The notes below the pieces were generated by a model. That model saw nothing but the letters and a program-made list of their open reading frames with translations. It did not search any database and was not told where the DNA came from. The position numbers were made by a program, and so were the translations under genes. From assembly GCA_951406725.2 (NCBI GenBank), contig OX597814.1, positions 25,420,001 to 25,484,000 on the forward strand: a DNA stretch of 64,000 bases. The letters run 5' to 3'. This DNA is from Octopus vulgaris. Its lineage: Eukaryota. Position 1 is the first letter of the stretch. The number at the start of each line of letters is the position of its first letter. Positions 11,000 through 25,908 of this stretch are shown here, in pieces.

Positions 11000-11969
11000 C
11001 TTAGATAGATATCGCTTTCAAAGAAATAAGTTTCTTATGCTCTTTTCCTTTCTTTCTTTTCATTTTATATGCATAGAAAATTTTAGATGAAGGTATTTCC
11101 AAACTACCCCTTCCCTCTGTCACAGATCTTGCAATCAGATTAACACTGTGTATTTTGACTGTTTTATTAAAACTTTGTGTATACATACATACACATGCAA
11201 ACATTTGTGCTCTCATACATACACATACATATTTTTAAAGAATGTGTGTGCACATATATATATATATACATATATATATACATATATATATGTATGTACG
11301 TATGTATGTATATATATAAAAATACTTTCATATACACACACATATGCATATATGTGTGTGTGTGTGTGTGTGTGGGCAAGTGCACTTCAAAAGTTGTTTT
11401 AGTCTGTTAATTTTTGTATATAATCTTATACTGATAAACATTAAATGTGAGAATGATTTATTCCTATTACCTTATATATAAAGTTGTTTCAAACAGTCTC
11501 ATACTTGGTGGTAATTATTTGTGTCTTAGTATACACATACATAAACATACACACACACACGCACACACAGATACATGCACACATATATAATTCAACTTTA
11601 TACTAGCTAAATCTTTGTTTTTGTCCTGTATCATTGTTATTTAAGGGTTTGATTGCTACCTAGATATAGTGCAGCAGTAGTATGTGGTGCATGAAGATTT
11701 AGCCATTAATAACCATTATGCTAGTCTGAGTCTGGTGCAAGGACTCCCTTCCCATCTATAAGGAAGTACATCAACTTATACTAAACACTTCCTATCCACT
11801 AATGAGATCAATGAAGTGTAAACGCAGAAACTTAAAGCCATAGAGAGGTAGAACAGAAGCATAAAGAAAGAAAAAGAGAAAGAAAGAAAAGAAAAAGAGA
11901 AAGGGAGAGGAGGAAAGAAAGAAGAAAAGACAGGAATAATGAGAGAAAAAGAAGGAGAGAAATATAAAG

Positions 11970-12006
<37 letters not shown>

Positions 12007-14849
12007 CTTGATCCTACCAAACTCAAGATGATATTGATTAAAAAGATTTGAAACAAGGGCCTTATGGTACTTGAATAGAAATTCTCTATTATCAACCTTG
12101 ATATTGTATTTTTATATCGCACAGTCTGCCATTGTCTATTGTTACTTCTTACACAATTTTGTTACTCTATGATAACAATATTTTCTCACTTTTTTTTTTT
12201 ATAACATCTGTTTGATCAAAACAGATTATCTGAGAAATATCTGATCAACAAAAGAGGTCAAGTTAAAAGGCTTCTAAGGGTCAATAAACTGGGATTTTCG
12301 TCACCCACATAATGCTGTATCCATTAGGAAAGATACATAATATTCAATGTTTCATTTTATCTTGGTTGTTGTTCTTCAGTCTTAGATTAGCCTTGATAGA
12401 GCAGATCTATGATCAGAAACAGTCTGGTTGTTACCATCTATAAAATTCTTCTCATTCACTCCTTCAGTTAATAATCTATACTTCTTTAAGTTTAGTTTCT
12501 TTTCATAGCTGGTGACATGATTTTGATAAAACCCCAATTCTTTGAAGATAGTGAGTTGTGAGTTGAAAGGGAGTTGGTTATTATTTCTAACAGATCAGAT
12601 GACTACATAAAGGCTTCTTTAAGTATTATGGAGAGATACTTTACATTTGTGAGTTTGTTTGTTTACAGTACTAAAGGAGGTCATGAGAAGCAACTGTTGT
12701 TCATATTCTTTCAAGAATTACAACATTAGATGAAATTCCCTGTTATACCTTCTAACCTTTTTTAACTCAATGAGTTACTCAACATTTCTTCCTTTGCAAT
12801 TAACTCTACTCTTTGATATTGAAAAGTAATTTTTCTGAATGCTTATTTCTTTTTCTTCTTCTTCTCTTACATCTCACACTATTATTTTTTTTTTCTAGAT
12901 TCCATTAAAATCATGACATGTGTTGCAATTGTCTAATTCATAAGAATAGACTATTATCTAGAGGAGAATTCTGAGAAAACTTTGATAAGTTCAGTTGCCA
13001 TGAGGAGTGAAAATTTAAGATGGTGCTTAACCTAACTGGGGTGTTGACTGTTTTGTTTGTAAGTTAATCAATGATAATGTATCCCTGGCAAAAAAAGCCT
13101 TTAAACTTTCCTAATAGAAAGTTTTCCTTGCTGCAAAAGTAAACTAGAAGATAAAGCTATTTTAGATTTATATCAAAACTTATAAGTATTTCTCAAACCA
13201 TACAAATAAGGGATTTGAGAAATATGGAATTATTGTTTTGCAAGGCTAGAAAAAAATTTGGAAAACTGAAAATCATGTTAGCACAATCCATAGATAATTT
13301 TTGACAGGAATCGTGACAAGAAAGCTTGTATTGAAACTTTCACTTCAATCTATTGAAACATTGTATAATGGAGAAGTTTTCCCTTAGCTTTCATAACCAG
13401 GATCAATCCTATTGTTTATTGCAGAATTCAGGAATTCAAGATATGTCAATGTGATATAACTTTTTTGAGTTATGGAGATAAAATATAGATGAATATAGCA
13501 TCGTATTAGTATCCATAAACTACATCCCTATCATTGTTAATTATAATTGTAAATTAATCGTGACAATATGATTAATACAATGATAAGTGTTTAAAATATC
13601 TGTTTCTAAAACAATTCATTTCATATCACTTAAAATCATGATTTTGTTTTTATATATATAAAGAAGGATGAAGTTTTGTATTTGTAAAACCTGAGAATTC
13701 CAAAGTTCTCCTGTGGTTTTTCAAAAATACTGAATATTAAAACAAATCATTCCCTTATCAATATAATTTTGCTTATAGGTTTTGGTTGGTGCTGAAGTTA
13801 GAACAGCCATGTAAAGGCTTCTTACTCCCTTCAACAACAAATTTTCTAGCTAATATTAATACTGTTAGGAAGTAAGTTGGCAGAGTTATGGTTGAATATT
13901 TTGCAGTATTTATTCCAACTCTCCATGCTCTGCATTTAAATATCACTGAAGGCAACTTTGCCTTTCATTCTTTTAAAGTTGATAAAGTATCAGTCCAATT
14001 CCAGGGCTGATTCTTCTCTCTATCTTTTCTTAGTCTCAAAGAAATTGGTTCAGTTCAGATCTGGAAAAAGACTGGCTTTACCAAGTTTAAAATATCCCAG
14101 ACGAAATGCATGTTATGATGGTGCCCCTGAATTCCATTTGGAGTTCAAGACTCAAAGAAGGAATTCACTATTAATATTCATATAACATGACATTTCAATG
14201 CTAGCATAAATAATGATTTGTAAGAACAAAGCAACACACTTTTAGATCAATTAGATCAACCCTGTTATTTTAATTGGTATTTATTTTATCAACCTCAGAG
14301 TAAGAAAAGGAGAAATTTACAGAACATAAATGAATATAACTAAACATTGTCTTTTGCCTAAGGCTCTATCAGATCTTTCAATCAGTTGCCCTGATTAGCA
14401 TAAATAATAATTTCATTTTATGATACTCAAGTCCAATTTGTAGCAAAGGAGCAGCATAGTTAAATAGTAACAATTTAAAGTACTTATTAAATCTGGAGGA
14501 ATAACAAGGAGTTTCTGATTTCTTTTCATTTACTAATGCTTTTTTTTTATCCTACACAAAAATATTCTTAACTGGAAGAATGAAAACTATTTTTTCTTTT
14601 TCTATCAGAAGCAAATTTACAATAATTTTTAAATAGTTATTTCACTATAAACCAAGAAATACATATGTTTTTCCTAACCAGTTCCTCAGATGAGGCATGT
14701 ATGACTGTTCTAACCAACTTCTTGATTTGAAATTTCAAACACACTACAGCTTAACACTGCAAAATTTTAAGGATTTCACGTATCTCAGGAGAAGTATAAT
14801 AAATTGATTCAGACATCACTTATTTATTTTCAATTATTAGATTATTAAT

Positions 14850-15001
14850 TATCATCACCATCATCTTTTAATATCCGCTTTCCATGCTAGCATGGGTTGG
14901 ATGATTTGACTGAGGGCTGGCGAACCAAATGGCTGCACCAGGCTCCAATCTGGATTTGGCAGAGTTTCTACAGCTGGATACCCTTCCTAATGCCAACCAC
15001 T
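14850..15001 (-). mobile_element. SINE-like family E (Nin-like domain, (GAT)n tail), 5'-truncated
   Basis: Minus GGCATTAGGAAGGGTATCCAGCTGTAGAAAC...CCAACCCATGCTAGCATGGAAAGCGGA. Confidence 0.8.
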
Positions 15002-16789
15002 CTTGCGTCATATTGGTTAAACCAGCAAATGGTAATAATGTTGTGCCTTATTGATTCCTAAGGAAATTAGCTATATCAGTCACTACTGTAGAGTATCCTA
15101 AACTTTTGACATTCCTATTTTCAGTCACTTATGCTAAACTTCATTCTAATACTACATCTATCTTTTTAACACATTAAAACAGTAACCAACAAGTGAGCTT
15201 CTACATAGTCACTGAAATTACTAGAAATAGCAACAAAATCTCTGTCAAATCACACTCTATGTTATCAAATTTAATAATGATAATGACATTGGATAACGTA
15301 GTGATAGCTGATACAGTTTGAATAAAAGACAAGTTGGCTGTAGATAGAATGGCTTTGATCATAGAGTTATTTGGTCATTGTTTACCTGGGACTAAAAAAT
15401 GACATATGATCAGCAAGATAATGTGGATACCTGTATGTGTGGTTCAAATTACAAGAAAAGTAGCCAACTTCTGCTCAAATTAAGCCCTACCATCTTACAG
15501 AAAGGAAAGACACAATTTGGATAACAGTCTTTGTGGATTGTCTGAAAATATAATGAGATAATCATAGTAGAATGTTTTCTGTTGTAGAACTCCTCAGTTG
15601 GGGTTGGCCTGAGTTAAAACAACAACATCAACAGCATCACCTGATCAACATCACTTGATAAGTTTCTAGATTCTTAAATTAAACATTATACATTGTTTAA
15701 TACCTCAAAACTGCAGCTTTTAAAATTGTGATGACAATAATGGCAAGGAACAAGGATGGTAATAAGGAGGAGCATGATGACCCTGATGATGATAATGATG
15801 ATGATGATGATGATGATGATGATGGCAATGACACCAAAATACAGGTAGTATATTTCATAATTATTACTTGCTTTGAATGATTACAATTATTATATCAGAC
15901 ACACATATACACACTATGTATACACATTCACACATACATACAATTATGTTCCACAAAAACCATTAGATCACTGGGTCAATATAGAAAACTTTGTGTAACA
16001 CAGATAAATCCATTCTTTTCTTATTTATAATTATGGGAGTATTTAATCTCAGCACTATATGCTATTGAAGCACACTCATTAATTACAGAATGTTTTCCCC
16101 ATCTTCCCTTTCCTTACAGTTAAATTGTATCTATATATATTTACTTCTAGGATATCAGAAGCATCGTGTCTTGACCATAGATACAATGCAAGTGTAAGTA
16201 ATGTGTGATGAACTAGTCAACTTTTTGATTGGTATACAATTATACTATTCATTGAAACAGCTGTGACTCTCACATAAAAAGAAAGGAGAAAATGTAATAG
16301 GAAAGAGTGCAAGGAAGTATAATGAGCACGTGAAAGAGAAAAATAAAGTATAATGGATGAGAGAGTAAAAAAAATATGAAATTATAATGAAAGACAAAGT
16401 AAGACAGTATAATGGGAGAGGTTTTACACATAGTTCAAGACAAATAAGCAATGACACCTACTCTATTACTCATCAAGAGAAACATAAAGACATGCTAAAT
16501 ACATTTGTGAATAATTACTGATAGGAAAGAAAGACTTACTCAGGAATATTTAGATGAATCAAGGATGATGTATACATATATTGTGACATCCTTAATATTT
16601 GTTAATGTTTGTTCATAAAATACAGTGACTTGTAAACTAAATACTTCTTTTCTTTGTGCAGCATTTGTCATTCAGAAGAACATCTGGCATAACAAAATTC
16701 ATGCAAACTTTTAAACTTGTAAAAACTTTTAGGCATATAATCTATGCTAATATCTAAATTGCAGGACACAGTGCACATTGACATCTTGA

Positions 16790-17933
16790 ACACACATCGC
16801 AACCCTTGGAGCCCATTGCTCGCAAAAGCAGCTACTCAACAACTTAAATGTGGATGCGATATATCTCGCCTTTGCAAAAGCCTTTGATAAAATCGACCAT
16901 GGTATGATATGTCACAAGCTGCACGACTTCAGTAGAGTAAAAACACTTGGAGAGTAGCTACACAACTTTCTAAAAGACAGAAAGCAGGTAGTTGTAGCCA
17001 ATGGGGCTACCTCAAAGGTAGCACAAATAATGAGTGGTGTGCCACAGGGCACTGTCTGGGGGCCACTGTTATTCATAGTGGCTCTCTCAGACATGCTCTC
17101 AGCTACTCAAATAGCCACCCTTGCTAGCTATACAGATGATATGAAAGCTTCTCAGAGGATATGGAACCCTGGAGATGTTGCATATTTGCAACAAGAGTTG
17201 GATACAATATACAGGTGGGCTGATGAAAATAACATCCATATTATTGCTGGAAAATTCCAAACCTTATCCTACCAACACAAGAAGCTGAATGAGACACACA
17301 CAGTATACATTGGCCCAGGAGAGATTGCAATCCCTGAGTCAAAATCAGTGCATGACCCTTCATTGACAAGAGTAATGATGTATCTTTCCAGGCGTATGTT
17401 ACTAAGTTAGCAATAAAAATGTAGGCAGTAGACTGGATGGATCCTCAGAACTTACAGAATAAGAGAACAGGAAGCCAAAATGGTCCTCTGGGGAACATTT
17501 GCCTCAGCCATTATGACTACTACTCCCAACTATGGTCACCACAGTGTTAAATTAATGGTGGAACTTGAAGTAATTCAGCAAAGCTACTCAAAGAAGATCA
17601 TCTCAATGTGACATGTTGGCTACTGGGTGAGGTTGAAAATGTTGAGACTCTACTCCCTAGAACAAAGGTGGGAAAGCTGTGGAGTGATATACATCTGGAA
17701 AATCCTGGACAGACTTATACCAAACTTTGAAATTTACACAGAGAGTAAAATGTGACACAACTGCATAGTGCCAAAGACCCCAACATTGTCATCAGGATAC
17801 AGGACCAGATACTGCAACAGCTTGGGTTTCAAGGACCCAGACCTCTACATTATCCTTCCAAAAGGCCTGAGATACCTACATGGGATGGATTATAATCAAA
17901 GCAAAACTGGATCTCCTCCTGTTAAGAGTTCCA
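16790..17933 (+). mobile_element. CR1/L2-group LINE reverse transcriptase relic
   Basis: VDAIYLAFAKAFDKIDH, FLKDRKQVVVANG, SGVPQGTVWGPLLFI, SYTDDMK, LQQELDTIYRWADENN, then GWILRT, YYSQLWSP, LRLYSLEQR. Stops and frameshifts present. Confidence 0.9.
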
Positions 17934-18216
17934 GGCACTTCATGTAGGCCTCTGTTTTGAGTCTGAAGCCATGTGGGAAGACGAACGGAGGTATAACGTC
18001 ACCATCACTAATGATCATTCCAAGCACCATGGTGTTGACTGGATGTTTGATTTTCATTACTCTTGGTACATGTCCTCAGGTTGCACTTTCCTCAGACTGC
18101 ACTGTCCTCAGATTGACACCCAAACACTCTGAAGTGTTTGAATTGGAGCTTCCGGCATGAATGCCAAGTAGAACAGCTTGTTGTTTGCAAATTTCTAGAA
18201 GAGTGAATTGCATCAT
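17930..18216 (-). pseudogene. Internally deleted Tc1/mariner-superfamily (maT/DD37D-like) transposase
   Basis: N-terminal HTH-like MMQFTLLEICKQQAVLLGIHAGSSNSNTSECLGVNLRTVQ joined directly to catalytic-domain segment VPRVMKIKHPVNTMVLGMIISDGDVIPPFVFPHGFRLKTEAYMKCLE (cf. TKHPAxVMVFGVVxSDGDVMPP). Confidence 0.75.
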
Positions 18217-18220
18217 GGTG

Positions 18221-18266
<46 letters not shown>

Positions 18267-18319
18267 CACACACACACTCATATATATATATATATATTAT
18301 ATATACACACATACTCATA

Positions 18320-18665
18320 CTGCGTGGCATCTTGGGCAAGTGTCTTCTGCTATAGCCCCGGGCCGACCAATGCCTTGTGAGTGGATTTGGTAGACAGATA
18401 CTGAAAGAAGCCTGTCGTATATATGTATATATATATATATATGTATGTGTGTTTGTGTGTCTGTGTTTGTCCTCCTAGCATTGCTTGACAACCAATGCTG
18501 GTGTGTTTACGTCCCCGTCACTTAGCGGTTCAGCAAAAGAGACCGATAGAATAAGTACTGGCCTTACAAAGAATAAGTCCCGGGGTCAATTTGCTCGACT
18601 AAAGGTGGTGCTCCAGCATGGCCACAGTCGAATGACTGAAACAAGTAAAAGAGAGAAAAGAGAAA
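18320..18665 (+). mobile_element. SINE family B, 5'-truncated, with central (TA)/(TG) microsatellite
   Basis: Near-identical to 40130-40478. Confidence 0.9.
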
Positions 18666-18668
18666 GAG

Positions 18669-18700
<32 letters not shown>

Positions 18701-19389
18701 CACACACACACTCATATATATATATATGACTGGAACAAGTAAAAGAATAAAAGAATACACACACACTTATGCACACACACACACACACGTTTACTCACGC
18801 ACAAATATATTTCTATATTTTGAACACATAACACCTTTTATTTAATGAAAAACTCCTTTTTTCTTTTTACTTAACATAAGATATAATTTTTGTATGAAAT
18901 ATATGGTGAATCAAATTGAACCTTATATATTCCTTGTACTTATTCTACAGATATTGAAAGGTTAAGCCTTGTGGTGGTCCAGCTCAGAAAGTACAAATCT
19001 TATGGGAGTTAGTTCAATAAATTATTTATTCTTGTAATTTATTGTATCAGAGATTCTGTGATTTATTCCTTTAAAGGGAAGCATAAGCGTATGATATTCT
19101 ACATTTTATAGTATTTAGCTTTTACTATAATCTTTTATAGTATTTCTATTTCTATTGTATTTACTCTTTTACTCTTTTACTTGTTTCAGTCATTTGACTG
19201 TGGCCATGCTGGAGCACCGCCTTTGTAAGCCTAGTACCTAATCTATCGGTCTCTTTTGCTGAACCGCTAAGTTACGGGGACATAAACACACCAGCATCAG
19301 TTGTCAAGTGATGTTGGGGTGACAAACACAGACACAGAAACACACACATACACACACACACACACAGACACACACACTCATATATATAT

Positions 19390-19835
<446 letters not shown>

Positions 19836-20089
19836 CACATACGAAGGGCTTCTTTCAGTTTCCGTCTAACAAATCCACTCACAAGGCTTTGGTCGGTCCG
19901 AGGCTATAGTAGAAGACACTTGCCCAAGGTGCCATGCAGTGGGACTGAACCCGGATCCATGTGGTTTGTAAGCAAGCTACTTACCACACAGCCACTCCTA
20001 TGCCTATTTGTATAAAAAAAGAATAAACTGCATTTATACAATGGTGAAATAATTCCAGCTATGTACAGAGAGAAGACATTGTAATTATA

Positions 20090-20298
20090 ATGTTTTCAAA
20101 TTTTGGTACAAGGCCAGCAATTTCGGAGGAAGAAGTAAATTGATTATAGCAACCTCAGTGCTTGACTGGTACTTATTTTATCAATGCCAAAAGTATGAAA
20201 GGCAAAGTCAACCTTGGCAGAATTTGAACTCAAAACATAAAGACAGACAAAATACCATTTACCCAGCATGCTAATGATTCCACCACTTTGTCACCTTG
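20090..20298 (-). mobile_element. SINE family A, degenerate
   Basis: actggtacttattttatc...atgaaaggcaaagtcaaccttggcagaatttgaactc. Confidence 0.8.
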
Positions 20299-21888
20299 AA
20301 TCTTAATTATATTGGCACTGCACTGAATTTTCTTCAGATACACTGAAAAATATCATCATTCCACATTAGTTTTTCTTTGTATGCATGGGTTCTCCAGTAC
20401 ATTGTCTCATCACTTGATAAGATCCCTTGTCATCTCATTTGTAAGGTTTGGCATCTTCGGATTAGTTACTTATCTCTCTTCCGTAACTCCTCCTTGTTTC
20501 CTTGTACACTGCTTCATCAAACTAAAACTCAGGGAATACCTGAAGGTATACAAATGGTTAAACACTCGTCTTATTCATTAGCCTTTTTTGCTTCATTCTT
20601 TTCAAACAAATTTAGCTTTAGAGTTTTTGTAGATTCCGGACAATAACATCATTTGATTTTTGATGTAGGACTTAAAACTGGTATTGTTAGCTTTAATCAA
20701 GCAGAAACTGAACTCCTAGTCTCAGATCATTCTCAGATTCTAATGAAAAGATTACTTTATGACTATCGCCATTCCATATTCGTGCTCGTTGAACCAACTA
20801 ACCAATCTTCTCTCTCACTCTCTCCCCCTCCTCTCTCTCTCCCTCCCTCCTCTCTCTCTCTCACTATACATACATACATACATACATACATACATACATA
20901 CATACATACACACACACATATATACATACATACATACATACATACATACACACACACATACATACATACATACATATATATATATATAAATGAAGATGTA
21001 TGAGTACATACATATATCTATATATATATATATATAATATATGAGTATGTGTGGGTACAGACATATATGTATGTGTTTCTGCTCTCTATTTTTCATTGGA
21101 TCTCATTCTTTGGTGCTTTTATATCCTTTGAACAATGAACACAGTACCCCCAATAAGTACAAACACACATACTATTATGCTCACTAGTGTTAAAACCAGT
21201 TGTAAGAATCTTGTAAAATATAATTCCTTACTACTACGGAACTTGTTCAAGACAGAATTAATATAAGAAAAATGAAATAAAACAGAGAAAAAAGATATAA
21301 TAAAAAATAATACATAAAAGATAAATAACAAAAAAAGAAAAATGATGGTGGAGGGTGAAGTTCTGGTTGTTAAGGATATGGTTTGTCATTTCAGATAAAA
21401 TTTATGAGCTTGATTCAAAGAGAAACTCTGAGAATAAAAGTTAAAGTAACTGGCATAAAGAAATAGGCTATATCTAATAATATACTAGAGTTTGAAAGCT
21501 TTCTATGAGATATTGATAAAGTATTGCTTGAAAGCCAATGAAAATTGTATTAACTACAGGAAAAAAAAAAAGACAAATAATGTTAACAACAACAGCCACA
21601 ACAACAACAACAACAATAATAATAATAATACCAACAACAACAATAGCAATAAGAGCAAGAAACAGCACCACTAATAATAAATAAATGGAGAGAAGTGATA
21701 AAAATATTTAATACTCTTGTAGTTACTGCAGTGTCATTGAAGAGAGCTGATCGAGTTGAAGAATGATTACCAAACAACAAGTGGGTCTCCTTTTTAGTGG
21801 GAGGATTTAAAAGAAGGAAAATAGTGTTTTTGTTTGTTTGTTTGCTTCATTTCTTTTTCTTTTTTTTTTCTTTTTTTGTTTTGTTGTG

Positions 21889-21926
<38 letters not shown>

Positions 21927-22248
21927 CTCTATAGTTGCAGCAGGAGATAAATTATTGCCTGAAAATCTACAGATGTACAGGGAAACTCTGCAGATTTTTG
22001 ACTTCTACAAAGATAAGTTATTTGGCTAAAAATAAACACAAATCAAAGAACTATATATATATGTGCGTGTTTGTGTGTGCGTTGAGTGTGTGCATGTGTA
22101 TGTGTGTATATATGTATGTATGTATGTATGTATATATATGTACACACATATATATATGTGTATATAGATATATTTATATATATGTATATATATACCTATA
22201 TATATATATATATATAATTTTGTATGTATGTATGTATGTATGTATGTG

Positions 22249-22289
<41 letters not shown>

Positions 22290-25200
22290 TGCTAAGCTTA
22301 AGATTTTATGAACTAGGAAGACACTATCAAGGGCTGTTATAACAGTTAGCTACAAGACCTTAGTTAATAATATAAATTAGGAGAAAGAAGGAATGGCTGA
22401 CAAACTCATTGCTTTATGTTAGATTTTGTGTTTCACTTTCTTCTTCCTCTTCTTCCATAAAGCAGTAAATGCTCTACTATTTCTTATACAAGAGAAGTTC
22501 TTAAAAGGAAAATAATGGTGTAATCTACTTTATGGCTACTTCATGATATAATGTGTGTCTATGTTTGTATGTAGGGAGTAAGACATTAAAAGCACAAAGA
22601 TCATTCTGACTGGTGAGTTGGCAGAAATAGTAGAAAATTACACTAAATGCCTTATATAATTTAGTTTTATTTGCCTATATTCAGAGTTCAAATTCTGCCT
22701 AGGTCAACTTTGACATTCATTCCTTTCTCTGAACTTCTATATGTCATATAAAACTATGGATTTATATCTGGAACGTTTGTTTCCAAGATACATGTCTGTA
22801 CAGTGTTGTTGCTATTATTTTATAGAAGACCACCTATCATCCACACACAAGTCTCATCTCCACCCCATCGATGTTGTACAAGGGAAAAGCAAGGGGACCA
22901 GTGCTATCATAATGCTGAGAGAAAGAACAGATACAGCATTTTCTTACCATTTATCACTGTTGAATAAACCAATTTTAGAAACTAGATATAATCATCTTTT
23001 AGTTCCTAGACATGATTTCTTTAGAAATTGTAGAATCTTTAGAGCAGAAGAAATTAAAAGACAATTGCACTCAAATTCTGTAAAGTTGCTCTGATTCAAT
23101 ACGCTTCATGGGATGAGTTTGAGGAGGAAATGTGGTCAGTTAAGTTAAACTGTTACTAAATTTGTTCTACAAGTTTTTATCTACAACTATATCAATCAAA
23201 ATTATTTCACAAACGTCTAAATTCTGTCACAGAGCTAAAAGGCCTCACAGTATACAAATACTTGTATCATTTATTGTGTTTTATTTTTCATTAGTGTTTG
23301 CTTTTTTGTTTTTGTTATGTCAATGCCCCCAGATGATGAAGTAGGCTAGCCCAATACATAGATATAAAGGGAGAAGTCTAGACATCGATGAGTTGAGTAG
23401 AGGTCATCTGAACATGTGATATAATAGTGGCGATGAGGATTTTGTAGCTCACACAGCCACTGTGTAGTATTGCAATATAACAGTTTAATATATATTTTCC
23501 CATATATTACTACCATTTGGTCTAGTGACCTTGTTTCATTTTTTCATTTTTTTCCCCTTTTTGCACTTACCTCATCCTTTCCTTCGTATTCACTCATTTA
23601 TACCCTGTAGCATTTTGCTGTTTGGTATATCTCCAAAATGAACAATTTTATTGATAAGGTGTGAAACTGTTATGATGTTTGGGCAATAACTGATGAGGGG
23701 TGAGCATGCCCACTACTTTGTGTGCTTTTTTGCTGTTTTCAATATGTTCCTTCATCATCCTCTGTGCTACATTTTACCAATGTTAGAATTTTAGTTGAAA
23801 TTCACTACTGCAAAATAAGAAAAATACATGAAAAGCAAGAGAGAGAGAAAGAAAGAAAAAGTGGTAAATGGTTGCAATGGGGCAAGGGGACAAAATAACC
23901 ATTTGGGTCAAATTTGTGTAGTGAGTGTTAGCAACAAATGGATATTTACAAGTCAAAAAGGAGAGCTCAACATAATTACTTGCCCTGCTGGAAATAGCTA
24001 CCAAATTGGAGGGATATGTGACTGCTATGTTTAGGAAGTTCAAGTTACCTTCTCCATTGACCCATAGCTATAGATTGTGTAGTCATTGGTATCATAACCC
24101 AGCAATGTTTTTTATCGAAGTAATTATTATAATTACTAGTAGTAGAGTGAGTTCATTAAGATAGTTCAACACCAAGCTAAATGATTTTCATTAGCTTCAA
24201 CTTCCATTTTTGTGCGTTCATATCCTATGGGATCAAGCATTTATTTCCTCCATTCTGTTTGTTGTTGTTTAACCCCTGGTTATGTCTTACTGGACAGACT
24301 TATGGTCAAAGGCATTCCACTTATCACAAACCTTCCTTTTTTCAGGTAGTATATATATCCATACATCCAAGACCATGTTATTCAATGAGGCCTTCTTTTG
24401 TTAAGATAGTAGGGTGTGAAACAAGAAAGATTTGTCTACTATTTCTAACAATTTGATCAGCTGTATTAAGTCTTTTTGTCTCATCTCTCTCTTAATTTAA
24501 AAAAACACGTACATCGCATGTACAAGGGGTCTCTTCCATTTATTCCATTGCAACCTCCCCCTTATTTCTCAGGGAAGCTTTAGCACTAAGGTAAGAGTGG
24601 TAGTGGTAGTAGCTTAATAGTATGATAATATGCTGCCAGTAAATGTCTAAAAAATATATATTGATGATGATTATGATAATTGTGACTGGAGGAGGGGAAT
24701 GTTGATAATGGTAGTGGTGTGAGTGGTGATGATGATGATGATGATGGTGGTGATGATGATGGTGATGAGTAACAAAGCCAGTAGTATGACAATAACAATG
24801 ACAACAACAATGACAATGACAATGATGATGATGATGATAATGCCTGTGATAAAGAAATATTTCAAAACTGTTCTGGAAAGGGATAAACAGATACACATAT
24901 AAATAGGGACAGAGTGTGAGAGGTAAAAATGAGGGAATGACAACTGGGAAAGAAGAAAAAATGAAAAAGTGAAATGGGGGAAATCAAATATAAATGACCC
25001 CAATTTGAAGAAAGCACTTTAAAAAAATACCAATTTTAAAATATATGGTAGAAAAACAACCACATCACTACTGCTGATGTTCTGCTGCTGCTGCTGCTTC
25101 TGATGGTGGTGATGATGGTGATGATAAGATAATGATAATGATAAAGTTGATAATAACTATGATAACAACCGAAAAGAAAAAATGACATCGGCTTCAGCAA

Positions 25201-25908
25201 TAATAATATATCTTGAAAAGAAAAGGAAAAGTAAGTGGGAAGAATCCTTTGGAATTTATTTAGAATAGGTAATATATTCTGAAGTCGATTACCCTGAAGA
25301 ATGAATTCTATGTTTGTAGGGAAGAGATAGAAGAAAATATGGCCTTTCCTGCTGTTGAAGATATGAGAATTAATTATGGTGAAGAGCAAAGTGTTGTAGT
25401 GATGAAGTGAATATTTTGGCTTCAAGCTATGAGAATGCATACATGGCCTGAATTTCAGTAGAAAAATATCAAATCTTTAGATAGTAGGATTCTCAAATAT
25501 TTTTACAAAACAAAGCTTAATCATATCCCTAAAAATATATATATAACTGCCCTAGATTTATTTATTTATTTATTATGGTTTATCATTTGAAAAATCTGTT
25601 AGGAACGAGAGAAATAATAATCTGAAATAACATTGCCTGGTTTATTATAAGATATTAAATTAGGTCTCATCATAAATAGATTCCATATTCCTTGATATCA
25701 TTGACTTCAGAATATTAAGCCCCTACCCTTCTTTTCTTTTCTTTTTCTTCTTTTTTGTGGGGAACTTTATTTCAGGTTCCAAGTTTTGTATTATGAATAT
25801 ATCAATTCTAAATGCTTTAATCAAATAATCAAGTTATTGTTTTTAGTTATTAGTAAAGTTTTATCATATGATGGGACTAATAGGATTTGACTACAGATCA
25901 ATATCTTC

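Noticed and set aside
11790-11845. CTAATGA...GAAACTTAAAG hammerhead-like words; similar partial words near 14686, 23335, 23690 and 46051
   Set aside because: Stems or one core half are missing; too degenerate to support individually.
13165-13225. Small hairpin TATTTCTCAAA...TTTGAGAAATA
   Set aside because: Only an 11-bp AT-rich stem with unconvincing outer extension.
15735-15844. Acidic reading frame MARNKDGNKEEHDDPDDD... ending in CAG|GTAGTA
   Set aside because: Explained by a decaying (GAT)n microsatellite.
20290-20760. Minus-strand SSDETMYW, reminiscent of a mariner DET motif
   Set aside because: Single short motif with no supporting neighbours.
25130-25410. Two putative exons joined by an 89-nt GTAAGT...TTTGTAG intron
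   Set aside because: Phases are incompatible (splicing gives an immediate TAG), and the upstream part is microsatellite-derived.
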